This document shows, one piece after another, positions 13,564-26,471 of a stretch of DNA of 64,000 bases. A program made the position numbers and the translations under genes. Under the pieces are notes generated by a model that did not search any database, had not been told where the DNA came from, and saw only the letters and a list, made by a program, of their open reading frames with translations. Source of the DNA: Phallusia mammillata (Eukaryota); assembly GCA_965637545.1 (NCBI GenBank), contig OZ281495.1, positions 25,110,001-25,174,000 on the forward strand. Direction: 5' to 3'. The first letter of the stretch is position 1, and the number at the start of each line of letters is the position of its first letter.

Positions 13564-16500
13564 ATTCACAGATTAAAATTCAATTTTTCTTTATCACCTT
13601 TTTAGTACGTGGCCATTTTTATAACTCAGGGTAACTATTCGCGGACCTAAAAGTAATGAAAACAGTATGTTGTTGAAAATTATTTGTGTATGTCAATGTC
13701 GCGAATTCACGAACCCTTCACGGACGCATTTGAGCATAGAAACTGATAAGTATAGACTCATGTGGAAATATTTCGGATTGAACGTTAATATTTATCGAGG
13801 TAGCGATTCTCGTACACATCATTACCCATTGGCTATGCAGACTCACAAATAATGGCTTTAAGTTTAAACATTATTAAGCAGGAAAACAAATCAGTTTGAT
13901 GTATTACCTTCTATTTTTGATCTAACTCATGACAGCATGTACAAATACAGGACAATTCGATATTGTTGTTCATAGAGTTATGATGGGTTTTACCGTATTA
14001 AGCAACAGTCAATTTTAAACAGTTGGATTAAGATTCAATACACATGTGTTATATTTAGCCGTTGCGCATAACACTTTTCCAAGAATCGCAATAAACCGAG
14101 AATTAATTCGCCAAAAATTGTAATTTAATATTGGTTTTATGTGAACTTGTAGTGCAGTTGACATTTATACTCAAAGTCTAACAGGTTTTCTTCGTTTGAC
14201 GAGCAAGAAATTTCTCCTGCCAACCGCATCAGCCAAAATTCGCTAATCCACTTCCTTGACCTTCAACGGATTCGACGTAAGTAAACATATTTAGCGAATT
14301 TTTGAGCCGCGGAAAATTTTCCCAACGCATGCCCGCAAATTTATTTTCATCACAAGCGGGCTGCAAAAATTAAGCACGGTCGGGGCGATGAAAATTTAAC
14401 CGGTCGTCTATAATTTGACAAGACGTCGACGAAAACTCAATGTGAGTGACAGGAAAACTGAAATTCTTTCGTCAGCCTATCGATTTGACGGGCTAATGAT
14501 TCGATAAAATGCATGTGGGAAAATGCTTAAGTTTGGCCTTGACTGAAAACTTGGTCGAACAGCCCGGATATGTTACACGTTGTCGGGTTATCGGCTGTTT
14601 GTTGCACGGGGTCAGCCCACACATTCACCATCATCCCGTAATGGACGCCAGCTTCAGTTTTGGGATGTCTTAATGCCTTGACCTCTGAGGTCGGATCTTT
14701 CTTGTCACACCACGCCTTGGATTAAGATCGTGTGCGGTGGTAATACTTATTAAAGTTGATATTTTCTGATAATGACCGTTGCGCTATTAAGGCAATATCC
14801 TGGTTTCCCCTATCTTTAAACAGAACAGCTTTCTCTTTTTATGGACTGTATTCCGTGTGTGGGTGCGCTTAGGTGAATTATCTCTCCTGCTTTTTTGTTT
14901 ATCTTAAATCCGTTAAATTTATCCAAATACGGAAGGTCTTTTTACGCCCGAGTTTTCTTCCTTTTGCTTACCCTTTTAGTCGCCTTTTACGACAGGCAGG
15001 GTTGCCCCAGTGCTATTCTTACCCGGCACTGGACAGGCTTCGGTCGCTTTTTTGTATGTATGTTTTTGTAACAATGTTGCGGTTCCGATTTACAGTTTGG
15101 TTCTACGCTAATAGCGGAAAGAATGTAGTGGGTCTATGAATTAGTTGGTACGTAAAATCGTTTGGGAAATTTGATTTCGACGTAATACCTCTGTGGTCGG
15201 TTTGTTAGTCGTTACCAGATTTTTGATATTTTCTTAAACTCGCAAAACCACTTAAAAATCGCTTACATTACTAGCTTATTTAACAGTTTGTGGCACAGTT
15301 TCGTGGGTAATTTCAGTTGCATTTTATTAAGACCCTCATGGATTCAAATACGTTCACTAAGTGTTGTAGATTGCAAAGGCGATCTTTTCGGTGGTTAGGT
15401 TTGGATTACATGAGCTTGAAAAAAACTAAAAACCACACTTTAACATTTCTGTAACGTTATGCCACCGTAAGGAAGTCGTCCATACGATTTCATCAAAACA
15501 CAAGTGTGGAAATGCCGAAAAATCAACCACGTATTGTCGAAACTCATTAAGTTGTATCTAGATATCTTCTGCTTCTGTGTCTTTACCGTTCTCTTTCAAT
15601 TTCGCCGCACTAAGGACGAAATGCAAGATAAAACATAATCCCAGGAGGTGGCGCACAAGAGTCAGGCTAAGCAAAGCAAGAAAACCCAGATCAACGAAAA
15701 ACTTTACACAAGCCACAGCTTTAATCATCACATCGAACATCACTTGTTTCCGACCATACTACACAAACAATATTCGATTAGATCTGCACAAGGTAAATTG
15801 AACTGGGAATTTTTAATTTTACATGAGGGAGCATTATACCGAAACAGAGAGGTTCAATTACGTCATAGATGTGCGTTTATGACGGGTGCCAGGCGATTTC
15901 TGTGGCATGATAAAACTTTTATGTCATAAGAGGAAATCGACATTAGATGTCTCCACGGGACGGTCGATGCGCATGTTTCGAATAAAATAACAAGAGGCGA
16001 TCGATGAGTGTGGTGCGCGGCAAGTCGGGCGGGGACAAACTTGATTAATTTCCACCAACTCTTTATGTTTCGCCCATGTCGAAAGTTTTAATTTTGTTTC
16101 GCGCCGGTTTGAAATCGATCGATTTGCGGGTAGAGAGCTTGGGTATCACCGTTATAACCTTCTCCGCACAACAACAAAAAACAATTTACACCACAGTGAA
16201 CATCCCATCAACTCGATAGCGCCTCTGTAGCAAAAGCTGCGGATGGCAAGGCGCAGTTGGGCGTACAAGAAGCGACGGATAAATAAAATATTTGCTTGCG
16301 CACGCGCTCATTATTACACGAACACTTCCATATGTCGACCTCAGACAATATAATTTGATTCGTATAACCTTTTAAATACTGAACTGCTTAATGCAATGCT
16401 TTTAATGTATTGAGTGCTAAGAACTGTTTAGGTATACATTCCCTCCTAAATGTACCTGCTGTTGATCTCAAATTTTGACCTAAGGTTTAGACAGTTTGCG

Positions 16501-17845
16501 TGCGTAAACACACACAGCTCATTAATAATGCAGTTACAAAAAGTTTATTATGCATAAAAATCATTCATTTTTCTCAGTGAAAATTATCGACGAAAAAATT
16601 GGTAAAAAATGTATGTAAGGGCGTACAAGCGTATGTGGCAGATGGTACGATTGCAAAGCGGCAAAATAAAACAACTCGAACTTGCAGTTATTCGTGCAGA
16701 AGCGGCACAAGCGAGAATGTGGCGATATTTACAGCATACTATTTACACGGACAGTGATCACAATTCATCGTCACACTGCCCAACTTGGATCTTAACACAA
16801 AGTCATTAAAATGGTGTACAAGACACATGTTGAAGTACAATGTACATAAGTGGTGCGGGAGCGCCCCCAAGCGGCATGTTCTAAAAACATGCAAGGCTGT
16901 GGAAAAATTTGAACACCACTGTATTTGGTTGTATGGCGTATGTATGAATGCGACAGTAGGGGCTTGACCTATACGAAAGGTTTAGGATTGAATCCTAATA
17001 CAATGGACAAGGTACGTCGTTTGTTCGTAGCTCAGTCATTACAATTAAATAAGTAAACGTGGAACAATTAATACAACCATGTTAAAAAAAACTTTTACGT
17101 TGCATACTTTGTTTTGAACCGGTACAAAACGACACAATGCGAATAAATTGTTTTTGCTAGCCATTTTACCGATATTCCTAATTATCGTCTTTAACATTTG
17201 AATGAAATATTCGTCTTCAAACATTCAGACCATTTGTACAGAATACAAATAGGCGCCATACTTTCGCCAGCGCAAGTTGTTTAAAACAATTTATCGAAGA
17301 CATACATGTGCAGAAATACTGGTTGCGGTAAAACCTTCCTTACATTTTGGACAAATAAAAAAATAGAAAAATGACTTGTTCGTAAATATAGTCAAGAAAA
17401 AATTACAATAGTTGATCTTTGTTTGGTCGATACGCAACTATCTATGCTTTTCGTGTGCAAGCGTACAACGGTAAAAGTAACATAAGAATATTTTGTTCGT
17501 TGCTCATATATTTACAATTAGCACATCTTGTCTTACGAGTGCTTTTGTTCTCTTGGTTAAACGTTTGAGGACCTGGGTCACTAAAACGAAATGTAACAAA
17601 GATGTAACATACAAAATGAAAGTTACCCAGTAGGTTTTATAACGCTAAAAACGATAAGGTTGATATTTGTTCTCAGGACTCAACAAACTTGTTCGAACTT
17701 ATACAATTTTTAACAAACGCTTTCACTTTGTACATCGGCTTTAAACCATCTAAGTACGTCGTCAGATGAAAAAAATGAACACACCAAAACAGTATATAAG
17801 CTATTGTTGCCAGGCATAGTATCAAGTTTAAAGAGCTCTTGGCAA

Positions 17846-17963
17846 ATGTAATTTTATTCCGACGTTTCGACGTCCTATACAGGTGTGCTAGTCGCATTCA
17901 GTGTTATTTACCCTGATGAAGACGACCTGCATAGGACGTCGAAACGTCGGAATAAAATTACAT
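17846..17963 (+). mobile_element. Inverted-repeat remnant carrying a minimal hammerhead-like motif (Penelope-like element end)
   Basis: 39-bp inverted arms (17846-17884 and 17925-17963, one mismatch). Plus strand reads CC-CTGATGA-A-GACGACCT-gcat-AGGACGTC-GAAAC-GTC-GG: catalytic core 17913-17948 with a loopless AC/GT stem III, as in minimal PLE hammerheads. Confidence 0.55.
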
Positions 17964-18463
17964 CTCTTTAAACTTGACATCAAAACAGTTTTGAGTGTAA
18001 GGGGACGATTACTTATACACAATGGAATTCGCAGAAAAAAGTGCCTTGAAAACAAAAAGGTCAAATACAAATTTACGAAAAACTGGTTTCGCGACAAAGA
18101 CATGTCCCTAACTATGTACATGGCAACCAGAGACGCTCGCCACTAAAGCTAACAAGTTAATTCACTAAAAGGCGACGAACTAAGTCTGTCTCCAAAAAAA
18201 CGCTGATTGTTTTGTGTTACGGTTTCAAGTCAATAACAGAAAGTAAGCTAAATGGATGTTTTGCGGAACATTAATAGAGGGCTAGTGTGTCAAATAATAA
18301 ATAACGAGGGCCTTTCGTTAGAAAATTTACAAAAAACGTGTAAATTAGTTGTTCCTGCCTGAGCGGACGCCGAAAGTCGCGAAAATTATCAAAATTACGC
18401 CGCGAAATTTTGTCCCATACTCCGCTGCAAACTGTCACTTTCTCGCTGCTAAAAACATTGAGA

Positions 18464-21221
18464 TCAGATGAACTTGTCTCCGTCGAAATCATTACCGCCC
18501 TCTCCCGACAAGCTGCTTCTTGCGTAACCAACCCGAATTCCGACAGCTTGCGGGTAACCTCTTGGATACCTTGCTCCACCGTATTGTCTTCCGTGGCCGC
18601 CAAAGTGAGGCATGTTGTTGACGGTCTTGTATTCTTTTGTGATGTCCTGGCCTCGTTGTTTCCAGGCTTCGATGATTTTGCGTAGACCCAAGTGATAGAG
18701 CTCGATAATATTAAGGACTATCATGATCAGTCCCGTGCCTGAAAAATCACAAATCAACAATAAATGTTTATTTATTTTTTCATAAAATTCTAACTAACAA
18801 GCGCTGTAACGTCATAAATCGATCCAACAATGGCTGCGCTTGAAAGTGACGTCATATATTGCATCACAGGCAGTAACGTCGACCATGACGTCACGATACA
18901 ATGTGATGACACTGCTTGCAAAACTGGTGCACGAGTTTTCTACCAAGCAAAGCTACAGTTCGTTGTACAGCCAGAGTACAAAGGCTGGACAAACACACGC
19001 AGCTACTGGTCAAACAAATTCCATTGTTTGAATGATGGCCACAGGTCGTTCATAAATGCCTTGTGCAAACTTACCAAACATAATCCAGAGCATGATGGTC
19101 TTTTCCTTTGGCCTCGACACGAAGCAATCGACCACGTTGGGGCAAGGCCACCTCGCGCATTTGAAAAGCTCCGGCACCCAGAATTTAAACACATAAATGT
19201 TGAATTGCAAGATCATAAATCCAATCTCTACAGCCAGTCGCAATACCACCTGAAAGTAAATAACATTGTTAAATAGCTGTTTCAATTCTACACGAATTAG
19301 GTCAGAAAGCTTAAATTACCCAGGCTATTTTGCTAGAGAAGCTGTTCCTAAATATGGCAGTGTATATTTTACGTGTGAAAACACAAATAGTCACTATTAA
19401 ACCACTTTAACGAACGGGGCCTTCCCTCATATTTATTATAGTAGCCACGCTGTCATGTTTACCTGTGCTACGTAGGCAAGCATAAGACGTGACGGAGTGT
19501 CGGAGTCTAATTTGGTCGCCACAACTTTATCCTCGTCTTTGTCTTTATCTTTCTTTTCCTCCTTCTTTTCTTTTTCTTTCTCATCGGTCTGCATGGAAAA
19601 ATACAAGTTGTAAAATTCCGGGTGACGTGAAATGTTGCATCATGCAGAATGAGATATTATTTGTAAGATCTCCAACTCTTTGTTGCACATTTAACCCGAA
19701 CGCGTTTGATGCCACAAGCTCTGATTTTTGCCACAAGTTTGCTGGGTAACAGAAAATACATAATACACACAAATATTACCACCTATTTCCCCCACATTTT
19801 TATGCAATTATAAACACTTTTTTTAGTTGCAGAACCCAAAATAACTTCAAATGGCCATCAACAATGACTTTCTGTCTCTAATCGCCTTAATTCGCGCATA
19901 ATTGTGTGGTGCTTTACCTACCTATGTATACTTGAATAGATAAGATAAAGCGCGTAAATGTTTGAGTAGGGTGTACTATGGGAAGTAAACACTAACTCTA
20001 ATGCATGACATTCCACCTATAAGACCGCAAACTCATCGTCGACAGAGTTGTTGCGCGAAAAAGTTATAAATTTGTAAATGTAATGTTTTGCTTACCTTTT
20101 CGTCTATAATAAACGCCTCGTCTTCCAAAGCAGCATATTCTAAACAAAAAAATTGATTGTTTTACAATAAGCGCAAAAAAAACACAAGGCTTTAGTTGCA
20201 GAACTAGGCAGTTAAACAGTTAACTGGATGGTCGACAGTATAAGTCAGTTTTCTGGATGAAGCTATTTACAACGGACAATGAAAGCTTTAAAACTGCCCG
20301 TTACCTCTTTCGTCCCCAAAGGAAACAAAAGAGATTTTACCTACACAACTGTGCCCTCAATAGCAAACAACCAAATTTGCCAAGTCGTTGGAGGATTACG
20401 TGACTTGTTGTTGACAAGGTCACGTAGACCCTTGTTATCAACATTGCTCACCTGGTGGTCCACTCTCTTCTCTCCGTCTTCTGATGTCCTCCATTGCCTT
20501 CTTCCTCATTGCCTCTTGTTGCTTCTTATTTTTCTCTTTTTGTTTCTCTTTTTGTTTCTTCTTTTTGTCCTGCTCCTCCTGGCGCAGTTTCTTGGCCTGG
20601 CTGATCTTGGCCATCTTGTGAGCGGTGTACACCATAAAAACTACGGTCGGCAGGGAAACGCACAAGATCTGTTGAATAAAATGTTGTTTTGATTTTTTTC
20701 TATGCGCTGCGAAGTATTTTTTTAAAGTATAGCATTCCTCGTCAAAATTTTTCCGTTGTTTTTACAATGCTCATGGAAGCCACTATATACTCTTCGAAAT
20801 CATTTTCAAACTTTTACCATAAATTAAAACCTAAACACGACAAAGAAAACTTAACGCCCTGACAAAACAGTTTTTTTAACACCGTTCTTGTTTTTGTTAA
20901 ATAAAATCAACCAGTTGATAAATCGGTTCTGCGTTAACGACTGCGTTTCGGTTCAACTTTCACATTTAAACACATTCTTACCTGGAGCGCCCATAGTCGA
21001 ATCAAAGATATTGGACTGAAGTCGTTAAAACATATATTAGAGCAACCCGGAGTCAGTGTGTTGCACACAAAGGCGCCTTGCTCGTCGCCAAATACAGTGT
21101 CGGCTATTGAAACCACTAACAAGAATCTCAGTACGAAAAAGAATGTGACCCAGAACTTTCCGACCAAGGTCGAATGCTCAGCGACTTGTTCCAGAAGTTT
21201 CTCTATGATATGCCAGGCCAT
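18464..21221 (-). CDS. Connexin (gap-junction protein), copy 1, 6 coding exons, 358 aa
   Basis: Exons complement 21221-20982, 20668-20452, 20139-20096, 19588-19463, 19249-19075, 18738-18464; all GT-AG and phase-compatible (1077 nt). Connexin signature motifs EHSTLVGKFW, FGDEQGAFVCNTLTPGCSNICFNDFSPISLIRLWALQ and KCARWPCPNVVDCFVSRPKEKT; six extracellular Cys; four TM segments. Confidence 0.93.
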
Positions 21222-24200
21222 TCTGACGTTTGATTGTTACAAGTTGTATTTTAATAATTTAGGATATATATTTTTGTTCTGAAACGTTCAAAAATATTTT
21301 ATGATTTTTGACGTTCATTTTGTATTCTCTATTAATCCACGTTTAGTCTGGGATTTTCCTACTGACGGCCCGGCAAAACTTTTACAAAAGACACAAAACC
21401 CAAAACTTAAACTACTCGAATTGAAATAAAACTGAATAAAAATTTTACCTCTTGAACTGCCACTGGAAAATTGTCGTTTGATTACAAATACTTAACATAA
21501 ATTAACTGTCTTCAATGTATCTCTTACACTCCAATAAAAAAACACATCTGCCTAATCCAACCATTTTACAACTTTAAACACTGAAGCCGATTTAAACAAA
21601 GGGTCCGTTATTCTCGAATATGCTGAAAGCACTCAACGTTGCGCAACGGCCCAAGTCTCGTCGCGATATATGTTCTGGTATGGCCGGTATCACTTTGCTC
21701 GATGTACCTGCGTTACTGATTACTCAATGGAGAACTAATATTGGCTCTTAGTCTGAGTGCACAAAAGAGCACACATGACGCGGAGCAACTTTTTCCAACG
21801 ACGCTGGATTTATGCCGCTCATAACTTGTTCTCTCTGTTTAAAGAAGCTTTCTACGTAGACACTGTGCACGTCTTTTGCTCCGACCGTTCTCCCTTTTTA
21901 ATATTTTCGGTGACCGCCCTTGATGGAGCAAAGCTCCAAAATTACAATAACCTATGAATATTACACAAAATAAAGTTACATCAATAGGTGATAAACTGCT
22001 ACTGTATTGCCTTTCATGGTTTCCGTTTAAGTTTTTGCAGGCATAAATTACTTTATTAAACTAACAAAAGTTCAAAAAAAGAATAAATTTTTTTTACTGT
22101 AGTTTGTATGCCACAAACTATTTTTGGGTCATTGAAATTCACATTTTAAAACACAAGTCTTTTATCTACGCCAAATAACTAATCAAAAATCTGAAAAGTT
22201 GAAAGTCATGTTATTCGTAAATGCTGACGCGCCATGTCATTCGTACGTCATTGATTTGCATTCACAAGACATTTAATGTAGCGGGAAGGACCTTTCTCAA
22301 ACTGTCTCGGTGCGTTTCTTCTTTTAAGGTGCAAACCCGTTTTTATGACGCAAACAACGTAAAACTCCTGATGTGTAAATATGATGAATCAGCGTTCAAA
22401 GTTTAACCAATGTAACTGAATTTTGTTCACTTACAAGTTGCATTAACTACTTTTTAACCTTGTGAAAAAATCTGTGCGTGGAACATTGGAGTGATGAATT
22501 TTTAGAAAACATCTACCACAGAAGAAAAGGAAAAAGAAAACTAACTAGTTTCACAAACGCCTAGTTGCTTAGAATGGCGAAAATAAAAATGAGGCCGAGC
22601 TTGAAGAATGTTGCATCCAGTACGATCAGAGAGTAAGTCACATATATCTTTGACGTGTTTGCCTCATGTTGAGATTTAAACGATGCGATTTCGAATTAAT
22701 GTTTAACCAACAAATCCGACTCCTTGTTTCTCGTTACAAAGGCCGGCTTTGATATTTTCCCAAACTTTGTGTGCTTAACCACGCGATAAACGTTGTCATT
22801 GGCAACGTGTGGTATGTGCACTTTGCTTGCCCTTGAGTGCTGAAAGGTAAAGTTTTGGTCACGTTGCTTCACAAAAACTTAGGTTATTCGCTGTCACCTT
22901 GGCAAACAAGGCATTTTGTTGTGTGTGGTTTTAAAATCTATGCCCTTACCCACGTCCTTTAACATGCTTTTTTATGTTTCCGTGATATAAACTTGCGCCA
23001 AAAACGAGATTACAACAAAAAAATAATGGTTGTTTTAATAATCACCACACTTTAAATTTAATTTGTGCGTGGATTTTCTGGAAAGATCCACATTTAACAG
23101 CAACATTAACAAAACTAAATCTATCACTTTGTACTTGCAAAACTAGTGGTGTTTGTAAAAACAAAAAACAAAGGTCTGGAAACATTTTTTTACAATCAGT
23201 GCAAAAATACTAATGATTTTAACCTAAAACCGTAGGTCATTAGACAAATAAAAAAGCGTAAATGCAGGCCCCCATGTCTGCTATTCTCATTTGATACATT
23301 TAAATTCATTTTAGCAAACAAGTGCTGCAAGTGTAACCTTTTCGATTTCACAAAGTCACCAGGTGACGCGGTTCGGATGAAAAAAATGTTTTCAGCCGTT
23401 CGCCATGAATCCACCTTCGACAAACACGTTGATTGAATGCGAGCAAACATCATATACGACCTCTGCAAACAACATCCCACCAAAGTTCGTTTCTTTGAAA
23501 AATCACGACCGGTCTTATCGTCAAGATGACACGCCACATCACGTGGCACTGTGACGCACATTTATGGCTTTTACTTTAGTTGTTGCTTTGAAAGCTATGA
23601 CCTTCAACAACTCCTTATAACCTTCTATGCCAGGTTCCTTTATAGTCTGAAAACTCCTTATGATCTAGAAAAGTAGCAGTTTTTTACCAAGGTATGTAGG
23701 ACATTTTTAAAGTCGACCACGTACGATTCGATCTTAGAATCCCAAAACGCGTGCTTTTCAAGTTAGTCTACAAACAGTGGACACAACAAATGATGGCAAC
23801 AGATTAAAATACACATTTTAAAGCCAACTTAATAACAAACTTTAACCCAAAACAACCCAAGAAATGATGGGAACAGAGCATACATCTCAATTGTTCTTTA
23901 CCAGTTGTGTACGAAAACTTACCGTTTACCCCCCTTTCCAAAAAAACTTATGCACGTCAAATGACTTTGGTTACAAGCATACATTTTACGAGTCAACAAC
24001 TTCCTAAGTTTACTCCAAAAAGGGAGAACTGACGATCACCGTGCTCACAAAACGTGACGCAATCTTTTGTCCGTTAAACAAATTTGATCTGTCTTGTATC
24101 CTAAACCCTGTTTCTCATTTTTCATCATACGCGCTTTGCGGAACCTTCAAGTTCAACAGTTTAAAGCAAATACTCGCGAACAAAAAAGGTTTTTACTTGC

Positions 24201-25853
24201 ATAAACAACCCCTGCCCAACACTTGTAACCATTTATGAAAGATATAACGCAAACATGACTGTGCCAACGCGTATGAATAGACAGGGAGTTGTCAAGTGCA
24301 CTTAAAACATTGCGCATCATCACAACCTGTTAAAGTATTTTTTATACCTAACAATGCGGATGTTCGGTCCTATAGCAGTTACCCAATCATCGTCAGGTCA
24401 AGGACCCCTAGCTTGTTTAAGGACCGCGCCCATATATGCTGACGTCAGCGTATGAGGGGGCGTCATTACACAAATGGTATATTAAGTTGCACAATCGTTG
24501 CAAAGTTCCTGTACCGAAGTTCGAAGTCGCCTTACCATTGTCATATTTGTTCTGTAGGTGTTCGGTAATAAATGTGACATGGAAAAAAGCAGACATGGCG
24601 ATATTAAATGCAACGTGCTACACAGCGCTACACCTTGAGTATCAAATTACCGAACCGATTTGACCCATACAATTTATTGGTCGTGTAATTTTAACAATTT
24701 TAGGAACCTTCAACCAAGTCCAAATCTAAACACAAAATATGGACACATACGTAAATTTCTTACGCTTATATCTTCATCCCAATTGGCAATTACCGCCTTA
24801 AGTCACAAAATAAAATTTGTAAGTTTTGTAACTTGTAGCTGATCTCCTTTTCTAATTCATCCACTTTTTATAACTGCACCGCCATACAACCACGCTTTCA
24901 TCTTGGCTGCCCTGAAATTACTAAATTGCGTCTCTCTCTTACAAACTCTAACTGACAAATCATGTTTTACAAATTCAACATGAAAATTTGCGATTAGTAC
25001 ACGTGCCTGCTATGTTCGTCGGCTGCCATCGAATGTGTAGAATAGTCGAGGCCGGCTCGCTTTATTCAAACCCCAAGTGTGAAGAGATTAGCAAGTGTGT
25101 CGGGTAGTTAGCAAATTGCGACACCTGCTTCATTTCCGACCATCGCCCGGGAGCATTAAACCCGAATTATGTTAATGCGTATTGAGCGGTGCGCCCGCGT
25201 ACCTCTGTGGTACATATTGCCTATGTTTGCAAAACAAATCTTTTACCATACGAAATAAACTCAACTCAATCGAGAAATTTGCTTTTTGCCGAAAAACGAT
25301 TTTTGCGGACAATTGTTTGGGACGATGAATTTGCAGTAGCGAATGGTAAGGATATAAAAACTGTTTCTGCTGGCTATAAAAGGCCTTTTACTAAAAGTAA
25401 GCAAGTTATGTTATTTACATTGCAAAGGCAGCAGTAAAAAATCGTTGACAAAAGTTTAAATTTATATTGACAGTCGTTTGAGACTGAAAAAGTGTACTGT
25501 TGCTTTATGAGATGCAGGCGCCAATATGTTTTCCCGCAGAGCGTTACTTGAAAATCGTTCGCCAGGTGTCGCACATAAGCCATTTTTGATACTATTGGTG
25601 GTCACCCAATGACATTTTTTTCTTAATGTTTGAAATGGTCATCTTATTTCATTAAGTAGTGGGTATGCCTGCCTCATCGACCCTCCGATTAGTTGCACAG
25701 GTCGCCCTGGTGTATAGAAACATATAATCCGCTTAGAGAGTTCTTCGCCGATAACGCAAACGGGCGCCTCGGAAACATTGCATTAGTTAATTTGCTTGTT
25801 TAGAGCAGAATACTAATACGATCCAGAGGGAGATTAAATCTGGCGGTCGCGAC

Positions 25854-25924
25854 AACTCATTAGATTAGGGCGAGTTTCGTTAAACGATGACGTTTCGCAA
25901 TCGATGTCTTATACACACCGACCA
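25854..25924 (+). repeat. About 71-bp direct repeat, copy 1 (3' side of connexin 2)
   Basis: AACTCATTAGATTAGGGCGAGTTTCGTTAAACGATGA...GCAATCGATGTCTTATACACACCGACCA, nearly identical to 29972-30042. Confidence 0.85.
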
Positions 25925-26471
25925 TCTGACCGAAACTGAATGTTTCGTTATGTTCAAAAAATGGCCATCACTTTACGTTTCAACAAAGTCACCATTCTAC
26001 ACCTTTAGAAAGCTTGAGTTGCGCAGGTTTGATTACATGCTTACAATTTGCAAAAAAGGCAATTTCTAATCTGGCAAAAACAAATTAAGCGTTTTCATGA
26101 TCAGTTAGAAATATACGCTATTAAATGAACAACAAATTGAACTCTTGGACGCTACTGTGGCGTACAGCTGCAGGAAGCTCAAAGACCTACAGATTAGCTC
26201 ACGAAATAAAACAAAATGACCAGGAAGAAGTTTACATGGGGTTGAACGTAAACCGACCATAAGACCAGAACTGTACTAGCAGTCAGTCAGTGATTGTACA
26301 ACACAGATTTCAACGTAATAAGTAATACTATTATGTTTTTTGCGATTACTTTGTTGAAATCTGTTGCGTGAACAATTCCAATCAGAAAAACATTTCTTCG
26401 TCGAAATCACTACCGCCCTCTCCCGACAAGCTGCTACTTGCGTAACCAACCCAGGTTCTGACAGGTTGTTG

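Noticed and set aside
19581-19772. ORF between connexin 1 exons considered as an extra exon
   Set aside because: The required phase-0 frame hits a stop; the 19588-19463 exon completes the loop and TM3 correctly and has a counterpart in copy 2.
24440-24447. CRE palindrome upstream of connexin 1 (another at about 9008)
   Set aside because: Isolated 8-mers far from any mapped start; cannot be supported without conservation data.
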